Source: a virus. Taken from it: a stretch of DNA of 64,000 nucleotides. The stretch covers positions 32,001 through 96,000 of the IMG/VR virus record IMGVR_UViG_3300032288_001980. The stretch is one strand, 5' to 3'. The translations under genes were made by a program, and so were the position numbers. Numbering within the stretch: position 1 is the stretch's first letter; every line of letters starts with the position of its first letter. Below, one piece after another: positions 10,323-18,864 of this stretch. The notes beneath the pieces are model-generated. The model worked only from the letters and a program-made list of their open reading frames with translations. It had not been told where the DNA came from and did no database searches.

Positions 10323-10697
10323 ATGACTACATTTGTCGCCACGGATTCGTTTACACTAGAACAAGTGCAAGACTTTGCACGTATTAGTGGCGACGACCAA
10401 GAAATTCATGTAGTACACGGTATTGTGCAAGGCGGATTCATTATCAGCAAACTGCCTCAATGGCTAGTATGGAGTAAGTTTACCGAACAGGAATATTTCA
10501 AAGACTGTAAGTATGCGCTCAGTGCAAAAATGGATTTGAAGTTTAGTAAACCTGTTAGAGTTGATACTCCTTTGACAATAGAATTTACTTGCGATAATAT
10601 TAAGTCAGCAATCGTCACTATCGACTGGATTGTTAAAAGTGAAAATACTCGGCATTGCTGGGGATCATGGAAAGTTGTTACAAGAAATGGCACATAA
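10323..10697 (+). CDS. MaoC-like hotdog-fold (de)hydratase
   Basis: FTLEQVQDFARISGDDQEIH...IVQGGF resembles the MaoC F-A-x-x-S-G-D-x-x-x-H motif; start moved to 10323 because the track start overlaps a TTGACT-17-TATAAT promoter (10288-10316). Confidence 0.65.
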   Translation: MTTFVATDSFTLEQVQDFARISGDDQEIHVVHGIVQGGFIISKLPQWLVWSKFTEQEYFKDCKYALSAKMDLKFSKPVRVDTPLTIEFTCDNIKSAIVTIDWIVKSENTRHCWGSWKVVTRNGT

Positions 10698-11691
10698 ACG
10701 AATTGGCTTTGCTTGCAAGTGGATTGACTTTCCGCATCAGACTGACGGTATCAAACCCAAAGATGACTGCAAGAAATACAATACTGGCACTACTACTATC
10801 AGTTGGTTAAATAGACAAACTAGATCTGTAGCCGAACAAAAGCTCTGGGACCTGATGGTTCAAAACTTAGAAGCTACTAAGTTGCTGGTAGAAAGAGTTG
10901 GCAATCTTGAACCGAAATTTCGTATGGTCCGCCTTAGCAGTGATTTGTTGCCTGCTTATACCGAGCCTAGCTGGCGCTATTTTTGGCATCAGCCTGGGAC
11001 TGTTAGCTATCTTGAGCAACATTTTTCTATCATTGGCCAGCTGGCTAGGCAACTGGGTGTACGTCTTAGTTTTCATCCCGGCCAATATTGCGTACTGGCT
11101 AGTGAATCAGCTGACGTAGTTGATCGTAGTGTAGAGGAGTTTGAATATCATGTGGACATGGCCCGTTACATGGGATACGGTAAAGAATTTCAGGATTTTA
11201 AAATCAATGTCCACATCGCGGGTCGACGCGGTCCCCAAGGTATCATCGACATTATTCCACGACTCACTCCAGAAGCCCGTAACACACTTACCATCGAAAA
11301 CGACGAAATGTCGTGGGGCGTCGAAGACAGCATCAAGCTCGTTGACCATTGTGCCCTTGTACTCGATATACACCATCACTGGATCCGTACAGGAGAGTAC
11401 ATTCAGCCCTCCGACGATAGAGTATTACGTATAATTGATAGCTGGCGCGGCGTTCGGCCCGTTATCCATTACTCTGTTAGTCGCGAAGATATTTTAGTGG
11501 GGCATTGCGTTGATACTCTGCCCGACATGCACAGTTTGCTAGCACAGGGCTACAAAAAAGCCAAACTTAGAGCACACAGTGACTTTTATTGGAATACCGC
11601 AGTTAACCAATGGGCTATTACCTTTAACGATCAATTTGATATTATGTGCGAAAGCAAGGGTAAGAATTTGGCCAGTTTTCAATTAAATTAG
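10687..11691 (+). CDS. uvsE: UV damage endonuclease (UvsE/UVDE)
   Basis: IGFAC, RLSSDLLP, RLSFHPGQY, INVHI, LTIENDE, LVLDIHHH, VIHYS, RAHSD, DIMCESKGK motifs; probable start at ATG 10687. Confidence 0.9.
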   Translation: MAHKRIGFACKWIDFPHQTDGIKPKDDCKKYNTGTTTISWLNRQTRSVAEQKLWDLMVQNLEATKLLVERVGNLEPKFRMVRLSSDLLPAYTEPSWRYFWHQPGTVSYLEQHFSIIGQLARQLGVRLSFHPGQYCVLASESADVVDRSVEEFEYHVDMARYMGYGKEFQDFKINVHIAGRRGPQGIIDIIPRLTPEARNTLTIENDEMSWGVEDSIKLVDHCALVLDIHHHWIRTGEYIQPSDDRVLRIIDSWRGVRPVIHYSVSREDILVGHCVDTLPDMHSLLAQGYKKAKLRAHSDFYWNTAVNQWAITFNDQFDIMCESKGKNLASFQLN

Positions 11692-11721
11692 TATTCATTC
11701 ACTAGAAAAAAGATGTGGAAA

Positions 11722-11753
11722 ATGTTGCTCTGCAACATAAATAATGTTATACT
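11722..11753 (+). promoter_or_regulatory. Promoter overlapped by a palindromic operator (PhaR-like TGC-N3-GCA)
   Basis: ATGTTGC-TCT-GCAACAT palindrome over the -35 of TTGCTC-17-TATACT; TAAATA at 11738-11743. Confidence 0.6.
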
Positions 11754-11829
11754 ACAGAATGTACTGTAGTACAAGAGAAACGCCTAATGATAGGGTTTCA
11801 AATTTAACCTCGCTTTTAAGGAGAAAATT

Positions 11830-12048
11830 ATGCAAGAACTAATCAAAGAAACAACAACTGCTTTTGTTACTGATATCAACAAAGCCGCTTTAGAGTTTAC
11901 AAAAACCATTGTAGAAGCTCAAACCCAAGTTGTTAAGACCATGACAAAAGAGTTTTCCAAGCACTATGACCAAGAAAAAGTAAATGCTTTTTACAAGCCT
12001 TGGCAAGACCTAGCTTTACAAACTGCTCGTTCTGTATTCGTTAAGTAA
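11830..12048 (+). CDS. Phasin-like small amphipathic protein
   Basis: 72 aa all-helical, Thr/Ala/Lys-rich (INKAALEFTKTIVEAQTQVVKTM); strong SD TAAGGAG; structured leader. Confidence 0.5.
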   Translation: MQELIKETTTAFVTDINKAALEFTKTIVEAQTQVVKTMTKEFSKHYDQEKVNAFYKPWQDLALQTARSVFVK

Positions 12049-12065
12049 TTTAGAATACTATTCAC

Positions 12066-12109
12066 AAACCCCGCTAAATATAAGATTAAAACTTATATAG
12101 CGGGGTTTT
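12066..12109 (+). terminator. Long hairpin/terminator containing a late promoter
   Basis: AAACCCCGCT-aa-ATATAAG-attaaaa-CTTATAT-AGCGGGGTTT(T); TAAATA at 12075-12080; ends just before ATG 12112. Confidence 0.7.
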
Positions 12110-12111
12110 CC

Positions 12112-13098
12112 ATGAGATTTGAAGAATTTATTAGTCAGCCAGCAATAGGCGACATCATTGAAATTGAACTAGGCGAAGAAATAGTAGAAGCGGTTATCAC
12201 TGCCGTTAACGGTGACGAAATTGTTGCTGAAACTGATAGTATATCCGGTGCCAACTTACTAGTTGAGTCTTATGGAAAATACTGGTGCAGTACAGATAAA
12301 AAGTGGAAGGAACGTCAGGGTCCTAAGCAAACACGCAGTAGTGAAAGCATTGAAGAAGTCAAGCAAAGACTAGATCCTAAATGCTGGGACGGTTATAAAA
12401 AACAGGGCACCAAAATCAAAGGTGGTGTTAGAGTTAATAACTGTGTTAAAGAATCAGCAGATGTTAACAGTCTAGCTAAAATCAGCGATGAAGCACTAGA
12501 CAAAGCCTACGGGTACGGTCGCAGTAGTCCTGGTAACACATTTGGCTGGCAAGCCAATGTTATGAGTGCCACTTATGCTAAAAAACTAATTGATGCTGGA
12601 GAAACAGATATTGAAAAAATCTCTGATGCTATCCACAAAGGTTGGAATGTTACTGCACAAAAGTTTGTACAAGATCCCAATCAGTTTGATGATACAGAAA
12701 AACTACGCCAAGCAGGTAAACTAGATGCTAAGTTAGAGCAAAGAGCCAAGTTAATGAAAATTAACTATGCTCAGTTGTCCGAAGACGAAAAAGAAAAAGA
12801 CCGCGTTGTTGCTCGTGCTTTGTTACAAGCTATTAACGGTGAGCAAGGTGTGGCGGAAGCTGAATATCAAGGACGCAATGTTCCCTTAGGCAAGCCAATG
12901 CAAGGCGATGTTAAGAAGTTTAAGGTTTATGTACGTGATCCAAGCACAGGTAATGTGAAAAAAGTAAACTTTGGCGATCCTAACATGCGTATTAAAAAGT
13001 CCAACCCTAAACGCCGTAAGAGTTTCCGTGCAAGACACAATTGCAGTAACCCAGGACCACGTACAAAGGCACGTTACTGGTCATGCAGAAAGTGGTAA
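12112..13098 (+). CDS. MRxxE-tagged modular polyprotein (small Cys/basic modules plus a RyR-like domain)
   Basis: MRFEEFI start; modules CWDGYKKQG...NNCVKE; DAIHKGW...YAQLSEDEKEKDR (RyR-repeat-like); GVAE linker; AEYQGRNVPLGKP...RARHNC...YWSC. Confidence 0.75.
   Translation: MRFEEFISQPAIGDIIEIELGEEIVEAVITAVNGDEIVAETDSISGANLLVESYGKYWCSTDKKWKERQGPKQTRSSESIEEVKQRLDPKCWDGYKKQGTKIKGGVRVNNCVKESADVNSLAKISDEALDKAYGYGRSSPGNTFGWQANVMSATYAKKLIDAGETDIEKISDAIHKGWNVTAQKFVQDPNQFDDTEKLRQAGKLDAKLEQRAKLMKINYAQLSEDEKEKDRVVARALLQAINGEQGVAEAEYQGRNVPLGKPMQGDVKKFKVYVRDPSTGNVKKVNFGDPNMRIKKSNPKRRKSFRARHNCSNPGPRTKARYWSCRKW
12844..12859 (+). repeat. GVAE linker repeat, copy 1 (CAAGGTGTGGCGGAAG)
   Basis: 14-mer AAGGTGTGGCGGAA identical to the copies at 14694 and 15003. 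Confidence 0.9.
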
Positions 13099-13101
13099 GC
13101 T

Positions 13102-13500
13102 GTGCGTAAACATATCAACATTGTAGAAGCTGTTAGTAAAGGTTGTCCCATTGCCACACATGATTTGGAAGTTAATGTAAAGAATCGACAAGTGGGTATA
13201 GACCAACATCACTATGGGCCAGCTAATCCAGACAAGCCCGGCGACTACTGGAAAGTAGCTGCCAAGCAATGGAAGATAGATGAAAAGACTGCCAAGACTA
13301 TGCAATGTGCAAACTGTGCGGCATTTAATATAACAGATGCTATGTACAAATGCATACATGATGGTATGGGCAAAGAAGCGTTTGAATCCGAAAAGACACG
13401 CGAAGCCGCAGACTTAGGTTACTGTAACTTATTGCATTTTAAATGTGCAGGTTCACGCAGTTGTGAGTTATGGATAACCGGCGGACCTATAGTAAAATAA
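13102..13500 (+). CDS. Cys-rich hypothetical phage protein
   Basis: GTG start; CANCAAF and GYCNLLHFKCAGSRSC motifs; MRKHINIVE N-terminus. Confidence 0.8.
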   Translation: MRKHINIVEAVSKGCPIATHDLEVNVKNRQVGIDQHHYGPANPDKPGDYWKVAAKQWKIDEKTAKTMQCANCAAFNITDAMYKCIHDGMGKEAFESEKTREAADLGYCNLLHFKCAGSRSCELWITGGPIVK

Positions 13501-13501
13501 T

Positions 13502-15187
13502 ATGCGATTTACTGAATTCATTAAAGGTCCTGCACCTAAACAAACCAAAACACAATTCACAGAAATGGAATTGGCAATAATGGAGGGCGGCGGCAGTTTA
13601 GAACCCGCAGTCGAGTTGCCAGTTGTCAAACGTCAAAGTGCATTATCGCAGGCCATGGGCGAAGCAGAAATGGGTACTGCTTATGCTCGTAACATATCAC
13701 AAGAGTTTCGAAAACTAGGTTACAAAAAGATTGGCAGCGGTGCAGACAGTACTGTGTTTGCCAAAGAAGCAGGTTATGTAATTAAAATTCTTATGCCCGA
13801 AGATCCAGGTAGTCGTGCTGTAGAAGTGTTTAAAAAATTCTACGAATTTTGCCTGCAACATCAAGATCTTAAATGTTTGCCAGTAATCAACGAATATAAT
13901 ACTATCGATGTACTAGATAAAGAATACATTCAGATTGACATGGAACGACTTTTTCCTATTAGGAAAAATACGTTTTCCGAAGCAATGGTTTGGTATCTAA
14001 GTGATTATGTAAGCAATGACATTGCATGGCCTGCGGTTAAAGCGGAATTATCTAACCCTGATAAATGGGAAGAATCGCATTGGCCTAGGCAAGCTGATAA
14101 AATAGCTAACAAAGTAAAAAATCTCACAGCTGATCAAGAACAAACATGGAGTGAATTATATTCTGTAATGTCCATGTTATTTAAAACTGGACGTATCAAT
14201 AAACTAGGTTGGGACTTGCATACTGAAAATGTCATGCAACGTAAAAACGGCGATCTAGTTATTATCGATCCGTGGTTTGCCGACAATACTTTGTTAGAAT
14301 CTAATTTAGAAGAAAAGTGGAGTCAAAAGTACAAGAAGTCTATTAACTGTAGTAATCCCAAAGGATTTAGCCAACGTGCTCATTGCCAGGGTCGAAAGAA
14401 AAATGAAGGCGTTGAAGCCAATTTGAATACCAAGTATAGTCTAAAAAACATGTTCGGTGATGTAAAATCATTGGACAATTTAAGTCTTGAACAGTTGAAC
14501 AAGGCCATGGACGGCCGTGTTCGACTTGTGGGAAGAAAATTTCGCAGTCAAGAAGGACGCAGTTTTAGATACGATGTTAAACTGGCCAATGGTGAATGGT
14601 ATATCATGCATGTAGTTTATGTGCATGGCTTAATTGATGCTTGGCTCACCGATGAAGAAAACAATAAGATACCGTTGAGCAAATTTAAGGCAAAAGGTGT
14701 GGCGGAAGGTATTGATATTGGTCAGGAGTGGATGAGCGATACTGAACTCGACGACTATGTACCAATACAACTTCAAGACGAGTGGCGTGAGCTGTTGGGA
14801 TTTGATGAAGAAGGAAATCCACATCCATTATGGGTTAACATGACTGGGGACTACGAGCCTAACTCAAACGATCCACAACATCGTGCATGGATGGTCAAAG
14901 TAGCTAACAAATGGTTTGCTATGAAAAAGATTCCTAATGTCAAATTCTATGATGTTAGGGACATAGATGACGAATTAGAATGGTTGGTTCAGATTGGTCA
15001 GCAAGGTGTGGCGGAAAACTTTGCTGACGGCAAAGTCAAAGGCAAAAGCCGGCCCGGTCGTGTAAAACGTGCAGGTGCTAGTTGTGATGGTTCAGTCACT
15101 GACTTACGTGCTAAAGCAAAAAATGCCAGCGGCGAGAAAAGTAAAATGTATCACTGGTGTGCTAATATGAAGTCGGGTAAAAAGTAA
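13502..15187 (+). CDS. MRxxE-tagged polyprotein with a protein-kinase-like domain and four further modules
   Basis: MRFTEFI start; IGSGADSTV glycine loop, VIKIL, WDLHTENVM catalytic loop, IIDP; then KWSQKYKKSINCSNPKGFSQRAHCQGRKK, two GVAE-delimited modules and a basic Cys module. Confidence 0.75.
   Translation: MRFTEFIKGPAPKQTKTQFTEMELAIMEGGGSLEPAVELPVVKRQSALSQAMGEAEMGTAYARNISQEFRKLGYKKIGSGADSTVFAKEAGYVIKILMPEDPGSRAVEVFKKFYEFCLQHQDLKCLPVINEYNTIDVLDKEYIQIDMERLFPIRKNTFSEAMVWYLSDYVSNDIAWPAVKAELSNPDKWEESHWPRQADKIANKVKNLTADQEQTWSELYSVMSMLFKTGRINKLGWDLHTENVMQRKNGDLVIIDPWFADNTLLESNLEEKWSQKYKKSINCSNPKGFSQRAHCQGRKKNEGVEANLNTKYSLKNMFGDVKSLDNLSLEQLNKAMDGRVRLVGRKFRSQEGRSFRYDVKLANGEWYIMHVVYVHGLIDAWLTDEENNKIPLSKFKAKGVAEGIDIGQEWMSDTELDDYVPIQLQDEWRELLGFDEEGNPHPLWVNMTGDYEPNSNDPQHRAWMVKVANKWFAMKKIPNVKFYDVRDIDDELEWLVQIGQQGVAENFADGKVKGKSRPGRVKRAGASCDGSVTDLRAKAKNASGEKSKMYHWCANMKSGKK
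14694..14708 (+). repeat. GVAE linker repeat, copy 2
   Basis: AAGGTGTGGCGGAAG, in frame. Confidence 0.9.
15002..15016 (+). repeat. GVAE linker repeat, copy 3
   Basis: CAAGGTGTGGCGGAA, in frame, 309 nt after copy 2. Confidence 0.9.
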
Positions 15188-15195
15188 AACTAATA

Positions 15196-15828
15196 ATGGT
15201 TACGTTAGAAAAAACTCATGAACAATTAAATCCGCAGGCTACATGGTCAAGACCTATAGACAAGATAATAGTGTCACATGACTGCATGACTAACTTTGAT
15301 CAAAACGGCTACGACCTTACTCCCTTAGAGGAGCGTTATGCAGAAGCCAATGGAGCCAGTGTGCGTAATGTTAGATGGCGTAAAGCAATATTCAAAGATT
15401 GGTTTAGTTGCAGTTCTATAAAAGGTGTACATTTAAATCATGCTTGTTTATTTGAGCGTAAAGGCTTTAGCGGTACGGCTCTAAAACAAATACATCAGTT
15501 TGCTGAGCAGTTTACACCTGTATATAAACTAGTTCATATGAGACCTAAGTGGGGCATAGATATCAGTATAGACTATGCAGATGCTGACAAGGCATTTGAA
15601 GTATTTCACTACGAGTGGGATGATTTTAATTACGATTCAGTGGTTGAAAAACAATATCAAATAGAAAAAGTTATTACTAATGTTGATTGGCAGGACTTAG
15701 CTGATAAGTTTTGGCAAATGCGAGACCAGTGGTTGCATTTAGATTTTTACGGACAAACTAAGTTTAAAACAGATTATCTAAACCTAGAGCCCGAGCGTTT
15801 TAAATTAGTTACATGGACATTAAGTTAA
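15196..15828 (+). CDS. Hypothetical phage protein
   Basis: 210 aa; FDQNGYDLTPLE and PKWGIDISIDY motifs, no function recognised. Confidence 0.8.
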   Translation: MVTLEKTHEQLNPQATWSRPIDKIIVSHDCMTNFDQNGYDLTPLEERYAEANGASVRNVRWRKAIFKDWFSCSSIKGVHLNHACLFERKGFSGTALKQIHQFAEQFTPVYKLVHMRPKWGIDISIDYADADKAFEVFHYEWDDFNYDSVVEKQYQIEKVITNVDWQDLADKFWQMRDQWLHLDFYGQTKFKTDYLNLEPERFKLVTWTLS

Positions 15829-15835
15829 ATACTGT

Positions 15836-16462
15836 ATGCGTTTAAAAGAAATTTCACAGCAATATCTTTGGCACGGATCCAGGAACAAAATTCCTGTTCT
15901 AGAGCCAAGACAATCACTAGACACTGGTGGCGCACCAGGTAGTAACCAAAACGCTATCTATGCTACCAGCGACCCAAAAGTTGCAATTGCCATGGGACTT
16001 ACAACAGCTGGTTCTGACACTGGTATGTTTCCTAATGACCCTCAAATGGTTTTATTCAGTGGAAAAATTAGAAAAGGCGAAAATGTTTATTTGCACAAAG
16101 TACCTATGAACGGTCCTGATGGCAAGCCACAGTTTGTGCCCGGCGGTAACAGTAGAGAATTTCATTCCGTTCCTGGAGTTAAAGAAATTAAACCAGTAGA
16201 AATAAAAGAAGTTCCTGTGGACCAGTATCTTCATTTAATCAGAGAAGCTACTCCTGAAGACTGGGAACTACGCAAAAAGTACATGAAGCAAAGTGTAGAC
16301 GAAGCACGTTATCACGGCCGTGAAGTAACACTGGGTATTCCAGTTAAACAGGGCGAACATTATTTTGTTTATCAACGAGATCCTATTACTCAAAAAATAA
16401 AAAAGGTAATACACAAAGAGCCGGCAAAGAAAGTTAAAAAAGTCAAAACTATACGTAAGTGA
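15836..16462 (+). CDS. MRxxE-tagged protein with an ADP-ribosyltransferase-like domain
   Basis: YLWHGS...LEP...AIYATSD (H-G-S / Y-x-T ART pattern); C-terminal ARYHGREVTLG...RDP..KIKKV module; TAAATA 4 nt upstream. Confidence 0.6.
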   Translation: MRLKEISQQYLWHGSRNKIPVLEPRQSLDTGGAPGSNQNAIYATSDPKVAIAMGLTTAGSDTGMFPNDPQMVLFSGKIRKGENVYLHKVPMNGPDGKPQFVPGGNSREFHSVPGVKEIKPVEIKEVPVDQYLHLIREATPEDWELRKKYMKQSVDEARYHGREVTLGIPVKQGEHYFVYQRDPITQKIKKVIHKEPAKKVKKVKTIRK

Positions 16463-16487
16463 TTATAGTGATATATAATGTGTCACT

Positions 16488-18512
16488 ATGAAAAAACTTT
16501 TTGAGATTCGAAACTTAAATCCCGTTAAACGAATTGAGCAGGACTACGATGAAAAGCATAGACTGGCCATGGAAGCCATTAAGCCCTATGCTAGATCCGT
16601 ACCACAAAGTAATTTAACTCCTGTTAGTATAGACTATATTAGTAGAAAAACTAGTATAGTATTTTTACTATTGCCAGAGTGGGCACATAATTTTCCTCCT
16701 TATAACGTGGCCCGCTTGGCCGCAGTGACTAAAGCAGCCGGCTACGAAACACATGCATTTGATCTTAACGCCAAAGCATATCAAAATCATACCAATTGGA
16801 AGTTAGACTATAATCCATGGGCCGGCAATAGAGATTGGAAGTGGCGCAGTCCGCACTATGAACAAGAACTCAGTCCACATGTCGAAAAATTTCTAAGTCC
16901 TTACATAGAAAAAATAGTAAAACTTAATCCTACGGTTGTAGGACTTACACTATATTACTGCAACGAAGAAGCCAGCAAATGGATGGCTCGAGAATTAAAA
17001 AAGCGTATGCCCAATTTAATAGTAATGGTTGGCGGGCCTAGTTGTCATCAAAGCTACTGGGAGCCTCCCAAAGAATATGACTATATTGTATCTGGCGAAG
17101 GCGAAAAAATGTTATTAGAAGCCATGGAAGAAATAGAACAAGGTATTGTCAAACCCAAGCCTGTATGGTTTAGACAGCAAGATGGACAGCGTTTAGACTT
17201 AGACAGTATTCCTAGTCCAGACTACAGTCATTTTCCTGCCAGCGACTATTCTGTACCTAATGGTATTAATGCAGAACTTAGCAGAGGTTGTATAGCCAAA
17301 TGTGTATTTTGCAGTGAAACACATTACTGGAAATATCGCGGCAGAATGGCACGTAACATTATTGACGAACTAGCAGACTTGTATTATAATCGCGGAGTAG
17401 ATGTAGTATGGTTCATTGACAGTTTAGTTAATGGCAATCTTAAAGAATTACGTGCATTTGCTCTAGGAGTAGTAGCACGTGGTATGAAATTACATTGGAC
17501 CGGGTATGCTAGATGTGATGGGCGCATGGACTTGGACTATTATAAGGACCTTGCTGCCAGCGGCTGCTTTAGTTTAAGTTATGGTATTGAATCTGGGTCA
17601 AACAAAGTTCTCGCTGACATGGACAAAGGCGTAACTGTTGAAGAAATAGAACAGAATTTTAGAGACGGTGCCGAAGTTGGAGTCGAAGCATTTACTAACT
17701 GGATAGTTGGATTTCCTACTGAACAGCCGCAGGACTTGTATGACAGTATGCAGTTGATATGGCGTAATAGAAATAATAATATCAGCAGTATTGCCGCTGG
17801 TATGGGTTTTATTATTCCACCCGACACTATTATTGCACAGGCTGTGGAAAAATTTAACATAGCAAAAAACTACTTTGAAAATAACTGGATAACCAATGAC
17901 TATCGCAACAGTAAAGTTCACAGACTTATAAGGTTAAAGATTTTTAACATATTGTTGATTAATTTAATTAACAAACAAGGACATGATTATACCAATAGAC
18001 CAAACCTTAAACACAGCTATAAATTAAAGGCCAGTTCGTTAAAAGAAATTGAATTTGAGCAATTTGACTTTAATATATGCAAGCCTAACATCAGCAGTTT
18101 TGCAGACAGTGTTGTTAATGAAGTATGGCCTTTACTAAGACTGCTTTGGAGAACAAGGGGTGCATTTAGTATAGACTTGCAGTTTAATCCCGAACAAGAC
18201 AGTCAAGAGTTTGGATGGAATTTAAGCAGTGATTTTACTGCACAAATTAAATTTGAAATCAACGAGCAAGGGCGATGGACTGCGGATTTTTACTATAAGT
18301 TCAAGCAAGCAGAAAATGCTTGGAATTTCAATGACTATTCAACAGCGACCAGCGTGGCTGCTAGCAGAGCTCGCAAATTAGCAGTACCAGGAAGCACAGG
18401 ACAAGTAGTCTACGACGATGAAGAAAGAGACCGACATTTGGCTTTATTAGAACAGCGCAAACAACTGGATTTCAGTTTCGAATACACATACAAAGATATT
18501 GGACAATGGTAA
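16488..18512 (+). CDS. B12-binding-domain radical SAM protein
   Basis: N-terminal cobalamin-binding region (PPYNVARLAA...VGLTLY...VGGPS), SRGCIAKCVFC CxxxCxxC, FIDSLVN, GIESGS, NWIVGFPTE. Confidence 0.88.
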   Translation: MKKLFEIRNLNPVKRIEQDYDEKHRLAMEAIKPYARSVPQSNLTPVSIDYISRKTSIVFLLLPEWAHNFPPYNVARLAAVTKAAGYETHAFDLNAKAYQNHTNWKLDYNPWAGNRDWKWRSPHYEQELSPHVEKFLSPYIEKIVKLNPTVVGLTLYYCNEEASKWMARELKKRMPNLIVMVGGPSCHQSYWEPPKEYDYIVSGEGEKMLLEAMEEIEQGIVKPKPVWFRQQDGQRLDLDSIPSPDYSHFPASDYSVPNGINAELSRGCIAKCVFCSETHYWKYRGRMARNIIDELADLYYNRGVDVVWFIDSLVNGNLKELRAFALGVVARGMKLHWTGYARCDGRMDLDYYKDLAASGCFSLSYGIESGSNKVLADMDKGVTVEEIEQNFRDGAEVGVEAFTNWIVGFPTEQPQDLYDSMQLIWRNRNNNISSIAAGMGFIIPPDTIIAQAVEKFNIAKNYFENNWITNDYRNSKVHRLIRLKIFNILLINLINKQGHDYTNRPNLKHSYKLKASSLKEIEFEQFDFNICKPNISSFADSVVNEVWPLLRLLWRTRGAFSIDLQFNPEQDSQEFGWNLSSDFTAQIKFEINEQGRWTADFYYKFKQAENAWNFNDYSTATSVAASRARKLAVPGSTGQVVYDDEERDRHLALLEQRKQLDFSFEYTYKDIGQW

Positions 18513-18525
18513 GTTAAATATAGAT

Positions 18526-18828
18526 ATGAAACAATATAAAATTACCAGTGAAACTTTTAGAACTCAGGGCGATGATCCTAGTATTCCTGACGCTTATGTG
18601 GATCCCGCACAGCTAGCAGAACTTAAAAAACTAGCGGGTATAGACAGTTTGGGAATTATGGAACGACATCGTGCCCGTGACTCTCAAAGCCCTATCACTG
18701 GTGAAATTGGCACGGATAAAGCAGAATATCAGCGTAAGCATAATATTAGACCCGGATCAGACGAGTGGTTTAAGTTGTGGTTTGCAAGGCCCACGCTAAC
18801 TGGAGAAAACCCCATGCCCAAGGCTTGA
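18526..18828 (+). CDS. Hypothetical phage protein
   Basis: TAAATA 5 nt before ATG 18526; KHNIRPGSDEWFKLWF motif. Confidence 0.75.
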   Translation: MKQYKITSETFRTQGDDPSIPDAYVDPAQLAELKKLAGIDSLGIMERHRARDSQSPITGEIGTDKAEYQRKHNIRPGSDEWFKLWFARPTLTGENPMPKA

Positions 18829-18861
18829 CCCCAACAGGTAAATACTATATAATGGGGTTTT
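18806..18861 (+). promoter_or_regulatory. Sigma70 and late promoters enclosed in a 10-bp inverted repeat
   Basis: AAAACCCCAT...ATGGGGTTTT stem; the loop holds TTGACC-17-TATAAT (whose last 2 nt run into the right arm) and TAAATA. Confidence 0.65.
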
Positions 18862-18864
18862 ATT

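Noticed and set aside
12844-15016. GVAE 14-mers as CRISPR repeats
   Set aside because: Too short, irregularly spaced (about 1850 and 309 nt) and in frame within coding sequence
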